DNA of 64,000 bases from Anaerolineae bacterium (GCA_030425205.1 JAUIAP010000016.1:55956-119955), one strand, 5' to 3'. Counted from the stretch's first letter, positions 19,440-28,104 are shown. The notes: generated by a model not told the origin, from the sequence alone. Made by a program: numbers and translations.

Positions 19440-20492
19440 TCAGCAAACGAGCGACCGATCGACATCGGCAATTGTCGCACAGCCACAGAGGTAGAGCGCA
19501 TTCTCAATTTCAAAACGTAGCATTTCAAGCACGTGGGCAACCCCTGCCCCACCACCGACGGCCAGCCCCCAAAGCGGCGGTCGGCCGATCAAAACCGCCT
19601 GCGCGCCTAATGCGAGCGCCTTGACAACATCGACGCCACGCCGCACGCCGCCGTCCATCAAGATCTCGATTTGATCGCCCACCGCATCGGCGATGGCGGG
19701 GAGCGCATCAATTGTCGCTATCGCCGTATCCAACTGGCGGCCGCCGTGGTTGGAGACGATGATCCCCTGCACGCCAGCGTCCACTGCACGCCGCGCATCG
19801 TCATCGCGCAAGATCCCCTTGAGCCAAACGGGAAGTCGCGTCTGTTCTTGCAGCCAGCGCACATCATCCCACGATAGGTTGTGCTTTGTGTGATCGCGCA
19901 CAAAGACGCCCCAACCGCCACTCAGATCAATGCCAAACTCGTCAATGTGCGGGCGTGCCAGCACGTCGGGAAAGGTGAAGCCAACCCGATTGAGATTCTC
20001 GCGCAACCCGGCAACGGGGAGATCGACGGTAAGCACGATGGCGGAACAATCGGCCGATTCTGCCCTTTCCAACATGCGCTCGACAATCTCACGGTTATAC
20101 GCCATATAAAGCTGAAACCACGTGCGATGCCCTGCGGCAACAACGTCTTCAACGGCTGTCGTTGAAAATGTACTCAACACCTGTGTAATGCCCGCCCCCT
20201 GCGCCGCTCGTGCCACGCCAAGCTCTGCCTCTGGATGTGCCAGCCGATTGACCGCTGTCGGCGCAATCATCACGGGCATCGCCATCTGTTCACCTTGAAT
20301 CGTCGTCTCAAGCGAAACGGCATCGATCCCCATCAACATGCGCGGGCGCAACCGAATCCGCTCAAACGCGGCACGATTGTCGCGCAGCGTGATGTTGTCG
20401 GTCACACCGCCCGCATAGTAGGCATACGCACCCGCTGCCATCACTTCCTGCGCCGCCTGTTCATAGTCGAATAAGTTGAGTAGTTGAGTCAT
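19440..20492 (-). CDS. FMN-dependent alpha-hydroxy acid oxidase/dehydrogenase (LldD / glycolate oxidase family)
   Basis: 'VSNHGGRQLD' and 'LMDGGVRRGVDVVKALALGA' are present, with a TIM-barrel FMN pattern. The start is taken at MTQLLNLFDYEQAA (20492). Confidence 0.88.
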   Translation of the reverse strand: MTQLLNLFDYEQAAQEVMAAGAYAYYAGGVTDNITLRDNRAAFERIRLRPRMLMGIDAVSLETTIQGEQMAMPVMIAPTAVNRLAHPEAELGVARAAQGAGITQVLSTFSTTAVEDVVAAGHRTWFQLYMAYNREIVERMLERAESADCSAIVLTVDLPVAGLRENLNRVGFTFPDVLARPHIDEFGIDLSGGWGVFVRDHTKHNLSWDDVRWLQEQTRLPVWLKGILRDDDARRAVDAGVQGIIVSNHGGRQLDTAIATIDALPAIADAVGDQIEILMDGGVRRGVDVVKALALGAQAVLIGRPPLWGLAVGGGAGVAHVLEMLRFEIENALYLCGCATIADVDRSLVC

Positions 20493-20591
20493 GGCCGTTT
20501 TTATACCATATTCGGTCGGGGGAAAACGAGTGATTGTCACGTTGATATAGGTGTAAGCTGTGATGCGCAAGGATTCTATGGGATATGAGTA

Positions 20592-20646
20592 GGAGCGCGA
20601 CCAGCTTGGTCACCAATCAAACAAGCGACCAAGCTGATCGCGCTCC
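20592..20646. promoter_or_regulatory. 20-bp inverted repeat in a divergent intergenic region
   Basis: GGAGCGCGACCAGCTTGGTC (20592-20611) pairs with GACCAAGCTGATCGCGCTCC (20627-20646). There is one mismatch and a 15-nt loop. Confidence 0.5.
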
Positions 20647-20694
20647 CAGAAACATATCTGCCTGCACGATTTTGCACCATTTCTCGATCACCTA

Positions 20695-20733
20695 TTGACT
20701 TAGTGTATTTTCTACACTATAATAGTTAGTGTA
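20695..20733 (+). promoter_or_regulatory. Consensus sigma-70-type promoter with embedded operator-like repeats
   Basis: The -35 is TTGACT (20695-20700), the spacer is exactly 17 nt, and the -10 is TATAAT (20718-20723). TAGTGTA-TTTTC-TACACTA (20701-20719) is a perfect 7-bp inverted repeat that fills the spacer. A third TAGTGTA lies at 20727-20733. The ATG of the next gene is at 20747. Confidence 0.7.
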
Positions 20734-20746
20734 ATCGAGACACGAA

Positions 20747-21814
20747 ATGTTAAATCTATTCAACAACTACCTACTCAAGCTGCGACAGGCAGCACAACCA
20801 GAAGACGTGTTTGGCAGATTGTCCGCCCCGCAAGCAGAATGTTTGCGCGAGTTGTATAGGGACATGGTGATCGAACTGCATCCCGACCACAATCAACTGC
20901 GCGTCGCAGAGGCGACGGAAGCGTTTAAGCTGCTACAAGAGTGGCACGAGGCGGCCAAGATCAAGGTGGCGGCTGGGACGTATGGCACAGAGCCAACGCT
21001 TGAGGTTTCTTCACGCCGACATCACTATGTCAGCGCAAAACCAGCCATCGCAGGTGATTTGAGTGATGTTTTTACGGCGCGTGCGGATGGTAAGCGCAAG
21101 GTTGTTGTGAAGGTGGTGCGCCATCCAAAAAACAATGACCTACTGCTGGCGGAAGCGACTGCGCTACGTGAGCTGCATGAGCATCTCGACCGCACGCCGC
21201 TACGCGCACATTTCCCCGTCCTAATCGAGACATTTCGTCTCAAAGATGAAAGCGGTGCAGAACGCCAGACAAACGTGTTGCGCCATGAGGCGGAGGTGTT
21301 TTCACTGGCCGACGTGCGGAAAAAGTATCCAGACGGGATTGATCCGGCGGATGCGGCGTGGATGTTCAATCGCATGATTGCGGCATTGGGCAAGACACAT
21401 GAGGTCGGGTTGGTGCATGGGGCGATTGTGCCGGAGCATGTGTTGATTCGGCCGAAAGATCACAACGGCATCCTGATCGACTGGTGTTACAGCGTGCGTT
21501 CAGGTGAACAGATCAAGGCGATCAGCCCATCCCGCAAGGCGTTCTACCCGCCCGAAGTGTTGCAAAAGTTAGCGGCAACACCCGCTACAGACTTATTTAT
21601 GGCGGCGCAATGTATGATCGAGATTCTCGGCGGCGATGTGGCAACGGGGCAACTGCCATCCAGTGTGCCGAAGCCAATTGCAGCCCTGCTACGTGCGTGT
21701 TTGATTCCTGCGCCGAAGCGACGTTATCAAAACGCCTGGCATATTTTTGACGATTTCAAAGAGATTTTAGAACGGCTTTATGGTGAACCTACGTTCAGGT
21801 CGTTCACGATGTAG
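20747..21814 (+). CDS. J-domain protein fused to a protein-kinase-like (probable pseudokinase) domain
   Basis: The J-domain pattern is 'LRELYRDMVIELHPDHNQ...ATEAFKLLQEWHEAAK', with HPD at 20879-20887. The kinase-like lobe has 'KVVVKVVRHP' (VAIK-like Lys) and 'LLLAEATALREL' (alphaC Glu). 'GLVHGAIVPEHVLI' replaces HRDxKPxN, so HGA stands in for HRD. 'ILIDWCYS' replaces DFG. Confidence 0.7.
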   Translation: MLNLFNNYLLKLRQAAQPEDVFGRLSAPQAECLRELYRDMVIELHPDHNQLRVAEATEAFKLLQEWHEAAKIKVAAGTYGTEPTLEVSSRRHHYVSAKPAIAGDLSDVFTARADGKRKVVVKVVRHPKNNDLLLAEATALRELHEHLDRTPLRAHFPVLIETFRLKDESGAERQTNVLRHEAEVFSLADVRKKYPDGIDPADAAWMFNRMIAALGKTHEVGLVHGAIVPEHVLIRPKDHNGILIDWCYSVRSGEQIKAISPSRKAFYPPEVLQKLAATPATDLFMAAQCMIEILGGDVATGQLPSSVPKPIAALLRACLIPAPKRRYQNAWHIFDDFKEILERLYGEPTFRSFTM

Positions 21815-21857
21815 TGTGGCAATGGGCAAAAACCCATTCAACAATAAGGAGCATATC

Positions 21858-22850
21858 ATGGGTTATTCAAAATGGAGCAATGCAGCATTCGATTCACGCC
21901 AAACAGACCGTAAGCGCACTGGCACAACGGCGTTCAAGTATGACAAACACGTGCGCCAAACAGGGGTTGTCAAGATCCACCCCGACATGGATCCGTATGG
22001 CAAAACGCGGGAGAGTCGCGACAGCGACGACCATCCCGAATCAGTATCAATCGCCGTCCTGTTTGACGTGACGGGTTCGATGGGACAGGTTCCGCGCGTC
22101 ATGCAAACAAAACTCGGCGCACTGATGCGTGTGCTGATCCAAAAGGGGTATCTCGAACATCCACAAGTGCTGTTTGGCGGTATTGGCGATGCCTATTGCG
22201 ACCGTGTGCCATTGCAAATCGGGCAGTTTGAGTCAGGTCTTGAGATGGACGACGATCTCGGCAAAATTTTCATCGAAGGTGGCGGCGGCGGTCAGGTATA
22301 CGAGAGCTATGAGCTTGGCGTGTACTTTATGGCGAAGCACACGTCGATCGATTGCTGGGAAAAGCGCGGCAAGAAAGGATATCTGTTCACGATTGGGGAC
22401 GAAAAGCCGTATGACGTCGTGCGCAAGGAGCAGATTGAGAAGCACATTGGGGACAAGGTGCGTGGGAATGTCGATTCGGCCGAAATTTTCAACGAGGCCC
22501 AGAAAATGTACGAACATTTCCACATCATTCCAACCAACACCGCACACGGCAAAAACCCCGCCATCCATGAGCATTGGCGCAAATACATGGGTGAGCGCGT
22601 GCTGATCTTGGACGACGAAACGGCCGTCTGCGAAACGATTGCGCTCGCCATCGCCCTCTGTGAAGGCACCATCGACGATCTGTACAGTGGAGTCGATGAT
22701 CTGGTCAGCGCAGGCTATGACGCGACAGCGACAAAGGCGGCAACGTCTGCCCTCAAGCCATACGCTACACGGCGTGAAGGGTCTCTCGTCAAAGTAGTCG
22801 CAGGTAAATTGAAAGCGGCTGTCGCTGGCGGCGACGACGGACGACTTTAG
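21858..22850 (+). CDS. von Willebrand factor A (vWA) domain protein
   Basis: AAGGAG lies 7 nt upstream of the ATG at 21858. The MIDAS-like motif is 'AVLFDVTGSMG', with 'FGGIGDAYCDRVPLQIGQFES', 'EGGGGGQVYESYE' and 'GYLFTIGDEKP'. There is no signal peptide. Confidence 0.7.
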   Translation: MGYSKWSNAAFDSRQTDRKRTGTTAFKYDKHVRQTGVVKIHPDMDPYGKTRESRDSDDHPESVSIAVLFDVTGSMGQVPRVMQTKLGALMRVLIQKGYLEHPQVLFGGIGDAYCDRVPLQIGQFESGLEMDDDLGKIFIEGGGGGQVYESYELGVYFMAKHTSIDCWEKRGKKGYLFTIGDEKPYDVVRKEQIEKHIGDKVRGNVDSAEIFNEAQKMYEHFHIIPTNTAHGKNPAIHEHWRKYMGERVLILDDETAVCETIALAIALCEGTIDDLYSGVDDLVSAGYDATATKAATSALKPYATRREGSLVKVVAGKLKAAVAGGDDGRL

Positions 22851-22857
22851 TTAGCAA

Positions 22858-22899
22858 CAGTTTGCAGTGGACAGCCCCAAAACTGTTCACTGCAAGCTG
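22858..22899. repeat. Intercistronic hairpin, family B-like (CAGTTTGCAGTGGACAG / CTGTTCACTGCAAGCTG)
   Basis: The 17-bp stem has 2 mismatches and a loop CCCCAAAA. It lies between the vWA stop (22850) and the PurA-like start (22915). Confidence 0.65.
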
Positions 22900-22914
22900 A
22901 TCACTTGGTAAATC

Positions 22915-24243
22915 ATGCGACAAGCTATTCTAACCACCGATCTCGGCTTTGGTGACGCGGGTAAAGGGGCGATCACCGACTATCTGACACGCCAGCACAA
23001 CGCACACACTGTCGTGCGCTTCAACGGCGGCGCGCAGGCGGGGCATCGCGTTGTGACCGATAGCGGTGAACACGTCTTTTCCCAATTTGGCAGCGGCACG
23101 TTGGCAGGGGCGCGCACCCATCTTTCACGCTTTATGCTTGTCGAACCGTTGGCCATGCTAGCCGAAGCAGAACATTTACAGGAGCTAGGTATTCGTGATC
23201 CGTTTGGCATGACAACAATTGATGAACGCGCATTGGTGACAACACCGTTTCAGCGCGCGGTCAATCGGTTGAAAGAGCTGGCGCGCGGCGACGGGCGGCA
23301 CGGCAGCTGCGGGATGGGGATTGGCGAGACGATGGTCGATTGGCTGGCACATGGGGGGGATGTCCTCTATTGTGGCGACTTTTCCACCCCTACCCAACTC
23401 AAAGCCAAATTGCGCCATCTTCAGGCTGTCAACCAAGTCAAAGCGGCCACGCTGCGCGATCAACTCCCCGACACGCCACAGGCGCAACAGGAATGGGATT
23501 GTCTGCACGATCCCAACGCCGTAGACCGCATCATTGTGGCCTATGCCCCCTTTATTGAACTTGCGCATGTCGTTCCCAGCGACTACCTGCACCTTTTGCT
23601 TGGGCGTGATGGCACGATCATTTTTGAACCAGCCCAAGGAGTGCTGCTCGATGAGTGGTACGGGTTTCATCCGTATACGACGTGGAGCACAACCACATTG
23701 GCAAATGCAGAAACATTGCTACACGAAGCGGATTACAAGGGTAAAGTTGTGCGCATCGGCATCACGCGCGCCTACACCCCGCGACATGGCGCGGGCCCCT
23801 TGCCAACGGAAGGTGCCCAATTGACAGCACTACTGCCCGATGCACGCAATGGCTTTGATGCATGGCAGGAAGGGTTTCGAGTTGGCTGGCTCGATCTGGT
23901 GTTGTTGCGCTATGCGCTAAGCGTCGTCGGCAAGCTCGACGGGCTGGCCGTGACCTGTTTGGATCGCGTTGTGGGGTTGCCCGAGTTGAAGATTTGTACG
24001 AGTTATCGGGGGAGTGGCGAGATCGAAAAGTGGCAAGGGACAGTGGGAATTTCGGCCGAAAACGCCATTCTCGCCCATCAATCCCAATTAACCGCCGACC
24101 TCCTGCAAAGCCAACCCAACTTGCAGACGATCGATTCGGCCGAAACGCTATTAACAACTATCGAACGAGAGACAGGACTCGACGTGCTGATTGAAGGGTG
24201 GGGTGCGGCAGCGGATGCAAAGCGGAAAAGAGAAGGCGCGTAA
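22915..24243 (+). CDS. Adenylosuccinate-synthetase-family ligase, divergent (PurA-like paralogue)
   Basis: It aligns by eye with PurA motifs: GDAGKGA (GDEGKGK), VVRFNGGAQAGHR (VVRYQGGHNAGHT), GSCGMGIGETM (TTGRGIGPAY), FEPAQGVLLD (FEGAQGTLLD) and TRAYTPRHGAGPLPTE (KAYSTRVGAGPFPTE). The Asp-binding loop TTGRRRRTGW is replaced by AWQEGFRVGW. KLD becomes CLD. Confidence 0.75.
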   Translation: MRQAILTTDLGFGDAGKGAITDYLTRQHNAHTVVRFNGGAQAGHRVVTDSGEHVFSQFGSGTLAGARTHLSRFMLVEPLAMLAEAEHLQELGIRDPFGMTTIDERALVTTPFQRAVNRLKELARGDGRHGSCGMGIGETMVDWLAHGGDVLYCGDFSTPTQLKAKLRHLQAVNQVKAATLRDQLPDTPQAQQEWDCLHDPNAVDRIIVAYAPFIELAHVVPSDYLHLLLGRDGTIIFEPAQGVLLDEWYGFHPYTTWSTTTLANAETLLHEADYKGKVVRIGITRAYTPRHGAGPLPTEGAQLTALLPDARNGFDAWQEGFRVGWLDLVLLRYALSVVGKLDGLAVTCLDRVVGLPELKICTSYRGSGEIEKWQGTVGISAENAILAHQSQLTADLLQSQPNLQTIDSAETLLTTIERETGLDVLIEGWGAAADAKRKREGA

Positions 24244-24244
24244 T

Positions 24245-24303
24245 ATTGCGTGTTGCGTATTGCGTATTGACCGCTGGATACGCACCACGCAATACGCAAT
24301 ACG
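24245..24303. repeat. Heptad-periodic hairpin (TATTGCG/GTGTTGC units) between convergent genes; probable bidirectional terminator
   Basis: attgcgtgttgcgtattgcgtat ... tacgcaccacgcaatacgcaatacg lies between the PurA-like stop (24243) and the recJ stop (24342). Confidence 0.7.
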
Positions 24304-24341
24304 TGTGAGCTATCTCTGTAGAGCCAAACCCACTCTCCCCC

Positions 24342-26057
24342 TCACGCCGCTGGTCGAATATCCTTAATCATCAACTGCAACGTCCGTCGCCCGTTCCACT
24401 CATTGACGTTGACGCTATAAACAATATCGACGTATTGTGGCATTTGGGTAGCCCAAGAGGCTTGGCGGAAAGCGATCGTTTTGAACCCTGCGCGACCGTT
24501 GGTCACTTCCATTTGTAGATGGGTCTGATCTTTGCCGACGACGCGATGGCTGAGCACTTCGACACCTGAGGACATAAAGATCGGCCGATGATTCTCCATC
24601 CCACACGGCTCTAACTGTTGCAAATTTTCATACAACGCCCAGTCGATTTGATCGAGGTCGATTTCTGCGTCAATGTCGATGCTCGGCAGAAGTTCCTTGC
24701 CTTCAAGTGCGGTGCGGGCGATGTCGGTCATCTGCTCTTGGAAGAGTGGTAAATTTTTGTTTTCGACCGTAAAGCCAGCGGCAGCCGCATGTCCACCATG
24801 CCGCAAAAGCAGATGTGAAATTTCATCCAGCGCATCGGTGATGTGAAATTCATCAATCGAACGACAGGAGCCACGACTTTCCTCTTCCCCTTTCTCGATG
24901 ATGATGGCGGGGCGATAATGTTTGTCGGACAGGCGGCTGGCAACAAGACCCACGACCCCAGCCACAAAATTTTCACCCGCTGCGATCAAAATGGGGGCAT
25001 CTTCATCAATCATCCCTTCCGCCGCAATGCCCAAATCTTCAGTCAATTTTTGCCGCTTGCGGTTGAGCGATTCCAGTTCACGGGCGAGATTTAAGGCTGA
25101 GCGGCGGTCATGTGCGGCGAGCAGTTTGGCAGCGTCGTAGGCATGAGAAAGACGACCAGCCGCATTAATCCGCGGGCCGATGTTGAAGGCGATGGTTTCG
25201 GCCGAAATCGCCCCACCCTTGACGTTCGCCACTTCTCCCAACGCCGCAATCCCCGCACGCTTTGTGCCGTTCATCACGCGTAACCCATCGCGCACCAGCT
25301 TACGATTCTCGCCTAACAGCGGAGCCAAGTCGGCTACCGTCCCAATGGCGACGAGATCGAGCACGTTGTTGAGATCGAAGCGCACATAGTTTGGCATCGC
25401 CTGATAACAGGCCTGCGCCAATTTATAGGCAATCCCAACCCCTGCCAACATCTTTTCGGGATAGTCACAGGGTAGTTTGGGGTTGATGACGGCGAGTGCG
25501 GGGGGAATTTTTCGGCCGATGCTGTGATGATCGGTCACGATCATATCCAATCCGATGCTATTGGCGTGTTCAACCTCTTGCACTGAGCGAATACCGCAAT
25601 CAACCGAAATGACCAAATCTGCGCCGACCGTCTCCTTGATATGGGTGAGCGCATCGTTGTTCAAGCCATACCCCTCATCAACGCGATCGGGAATGTAGGG
25701 CTGTGCATTGCGGCGGGATATTCCCAAGCCACGCAACGCCTCTGTGAGCAACACGGTCGATGTCACACCATCCGCGTCAAAATCACCATAGACAACAATT
25801 CGTTCGTCCTGCTCAATCGCCTGTTGAATCCGCGCAACCGCCTTATCCATGTCGGGCAGCAGAAACGGATCTTCAGTTTCAAGATAATGCCCCTCAATAA
25901 ATCCTTGAATTTGAGCGGGGGTGGTCAATCCACGATTAAACAGCACCTGTACAAAGACAGGGTGCAGATTTGGCAACTGTGTTGCGAGTGTCGGTGCGAT
26001 TTTTGGTTGAACGTGCCAGCGTTTGGCGCGCAGGTCGAGCGGTCTTACAATTCCCAT
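24342..26057 (-). CDS. recJ: Single-stranded-DNA-specific exonuclease RecJ
   Basis: The DHH-family motifs 'VYGDFDADGVTS', 'ISVDCG' and 'IVTDHH' are present, together with DHHA1 'GGHAAAAGF'. Confidence 0.93.
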   Translation of the reverse strand: MGIVRPLDLRAKRWHVQPKIAPTLATQLPNLHPVFVQVLFNRGLTTPAQIQGFIEGHYLETEDPFLLPDMDKAVARIQQAIEQDERIVVYGDFDADGVTSTVLLTEALRGLGISRRNAQPYIPDRVDEGYGLNNDALTHIKETVGADLVISVDCGIRSVQEVEHANSIGLDMIVTDHHSIGRKIPPALAVINPKLPCDYPEKMLAGVGIAYKLAQACYQAMPNYVRFDLNNVLDLVAIGTVADLAPLLGENRKLVRDGLRVMNGTKRAGIAALGEVANVKGGAISAETIAFNIGPRINAAGRLSHAYDAAKLLAAHDRRSALNLARELESLNRKRQKLTEDLGIAAEGMIDEDAPILIAAGENFVAGVVGLVASRLSDKHYRPAIIIEKGEEESRGSCRSIDEFHITDALDEISHLLLRHGGHAAAAGFTVENKNLPLFQEQMTDIARTALEGKELLPSIDIDAEIDLDQIDWALYENLQQLEPCGMENHRPIFMSSGVEVLSHRVVGKDQTHLQMEVTNGRAGFKTIAFRQASWATQMPQYVDIVYSVNVNEWNGRRTLQLMIKDIRPAA

Positions 26058-26123
26058 AGAACAGGGATTCTAACACATTCGTGGCGTGTATTGGATTAGC
26101 AAAATCATGGGGCGTTCTATCTA

Positions 26124-26240
26124 GTGTCACGAAGTTTTCGCAATAATGCAAAACGTGGTGCGTGGTACGTGGTGCGTATTCAGTTCACGCACCACGCACC
26201 ACGCACCACGCATAAGGGTAGCGAAAACCTAAAGACACAT
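26124..26240. repeat. Heptad-periodic hairpin repeat, family A copy 2 (long palindromic element)
   Basis: The core is cgtggtgcgtggtacgtggtgcgt (26154-26177) paired with acgcaccacgcaccacgcaccacg (26187-26210). The outer arms GTGTCACGAAGTTTTCGC ... GCGAAAACCTAAAGACAC are also complementary. It lies in the divergent region between recJ and the nitroreductase gene. Confidence 0.85.
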
Positions 26241-26314
26241 TCAAGTTCTCAAAATCTCGCAAGAATAACCTGAAACTGTTACAAATCTTGCACGAATTAC
26301 GTAGATTCCAGCAC

Positions 26315-27064
26315 ATGATAGAAAACTTTTCCACACTTGTAACAGAAGTTCAAAATAGACACGTCTCCGTACGCAGATTTAGCGACAAACCGCTTGAGGA
26401 TGGGATGCTTGACGCGATCCTCAACACGGCTCGTCGTTCACCCACTAGCAGCAATCGCCAAACATATAGCATCATCGTTGTGCGCGACCTTGAAACTCGC
26501 AAGAAGCTGGCTGTCCTTGCTGGCAATCAGCAACACATCGTTGACTGTCAGGCATTTGTCGCATTCTGTGCCGACACGACGCGCGTCGAGGCTGCGTGTG
26601 ACATGCATGGAATCACAATGGTCAAGGGGCTAGAGCTGACGCTTGTCTCTTCGATTGATGCCGCACTCGTTGGCATGTCAACACAGACGGCGGCCGAATC
26701 GTTCGGATTGGGCGCAGTGATGATCGGTGGCATGCGCAATCATCCAAAAGCAGCGGCTGAGCTACTTGGGCTGCCCAGTGGCGTTTATGTCGTCTTTGGC
26801 ATGAGTATTGGCTGGCCCGAGAAAGAGCCGCCGACAATCTTAAAGCCGCGTCTACCAGAAGAACTCGTCATCCACCGCGAAAAATATGACGCGACCGATC
26901 CACGTGAAAAGATGGCAGAATATGACCGTAAACTTGGCGAGTTTTACGGTGCGCGTAATAAGTCGGAGTCGGCCTGGACTGCTCCCATCGCGGGCCATTT
27001 ACAAAATCATCCCCGCCCCCATTTGCGTGGGGAGCTTGAAGACCTAGGATTTAGTTTTGAGTAA
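26315..27064 (+). CDS. Nitroreductase-family NAD(P)H-dependent oxidoreductase (NfsA-like)
   Basis: 'RHVSVRRFSDKPL', 'ARRSPTSSNRQTYSIIVV' and 'GGMRN' are present. The start is taken at MIENFSTL (26315). Confidence 0.85.
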   Translation: MIENFSTLVTEVQNRHVSVRRFSDKPLEDGMLDAILNTARRSPTSSNRQTYSIIVVRDLETRKKLAVLAGNQQHIVDCQAFVAFCADTTRVEAACDMHGITMVKGLELTLVSSIDAALVGMSTQTAAESFGLGAVMIGGMRNHPKAAAELLGLPSGVYVVFGMSIGWPEKEPPTILKPRLPEELVIHREKYDATDPREKMAEYDRKLGEFYGARNKSESAWTAPIAGHLQNHPRPHLRGELEDLGFSFE

Positions 27065-27091
27065 TCTAGCAGGATAGGTTGCAGACCACGA

Positions 27092-27937
27092 TTATGGGGT
27101 GTCATCGCCAAACGCTAAAAAGTCGCGTTGCGCCCAGCCAACCGTGCCATCAACTGTCATGATCTCTTTGTAGATGACGCCGGTGTGGTTGGCGTTGCCC
27201 GATAGCAAGATGACGGTATCGCCGTCTTGCAGGAGAATGAGATTGTTGCCACCCGGTGTGCTTTTGACCCAGAGCGTGCTGCCCCCAGTGTTGACTCGTG
27301 CGGTTGGTTGATCAATCGGCGTTGGGGTCAATGTAGGGGTTGGGCTTTGGGTGGGAGTTGGTGTGTTTGTCGGCAGTGGCGTGGGCGTGCGGGTAGGTGT
27401 TGGGGTTTCTGTTGGAATTGCGGTGGCGGGGAGTGGTGTCGATGCAGGGGCATCGGCCGATATCTCAGGCTCATCATCAGCCGCAACGGCGGTATCGGCC
27501 TGTACGGGTTCAACAGAATCGACGCTCTCTTCAAATTGAGTCGCATCATCGGCCGATCCGCTGCCATCATTACCCGGCAGTGCAGCCCCCATCGCGCCCG
27601 TTACAGGCGTGCGGGAGACGACAAGACTTCCCTCAACCGTCACAACTTCTAAGGCAGCAACTTCGTCGCCGCCGTCTGCTACGGATTGCGGCTCTTCCGT
27701 TGTCGGGAGGGTCGCACCCAACGGCACGCCAGCGATATAAAAGCCAACGGTGAGCATTAAGAACGCGAACGCAATGGTTGTAAGCGCACGTACCCGTGCA
27801 TCTTTGCGATACGGTTCAATTTGAGAAGTTAGGTGTTGGCGATTTGGCGACTGCACATAAAGCGAATAGGCCACTGTGACCAATGCGCCGACAATCGAAA
27901 ATCCCATGCCTAAAATTGTCCATTGTGGAAAACCCAT
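27092..27937 (-). CDS. Membrane-anchored protein with Pro/Thr-rich linker and C-terminal SH3b domain
   Basis: The start is taken at MGFPQWTILGMGFSIVGALV (27937), because the longest ORF would overlap lpdA. There are two TM helices and an acidic region. The linker is 'PTETPTPTRTPTPLPTNTPTPTQSPTPTLTPTP'. The SH3b-like end is 'ARVNTGGSTLWVKSTPGG..DGTVGWAQRDFL'. Confidence 0.65.
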   Translation of the reverse strand: MGFPQWTILGMGFSIVGALVTVAYSLYVQSPNRQHLTSQIEPYRKDARVRALTTIAFAFLMLTVGFYIAGVPLGATLPTTEEPQSVADGGDEVAALEVVTVEGSLVVSRTPVTGAMGAALPGNDGSGSADDATQFEESVDSVEPVQADTAVAADDEPEISADAPASTPLPATAIPTETPTPTRTPTPLPTNTPTPTQSPTPTLTPTPIDQPTARVNTGGSTLWVKSTPGGNNLILLQDGDTVILLSGNANHTGVIYKEIMTVDGTVGWAQRDFLAFGDDTP

Positions 27938-28104
27938 GTGAGCATTATAGCGATGGGCGTTAAATCTGTGTAATTGGGGTGAGTGGGAGGTGAGGGAAAT
28001 TCGGCCGAAAAGGTACAATCGCATGTTGAAATTTAGTGAACAGTTACCAGCAGACAGTGAATGGTTCATAAACGACGCGCTGTCAGTTGAAATGGAGTAG
28101 AAAG

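Noticed and set aside
27227-27753. Several plus-strand ORFs (GVGVGV-rich and others) opposite the SH3b membrane protein
   Set aside because: They are antisense readings of the Pro/Thr-rich and acidic low-complexity linker. The minus-strand gene has coherent TM, linker and SH3b architecture.
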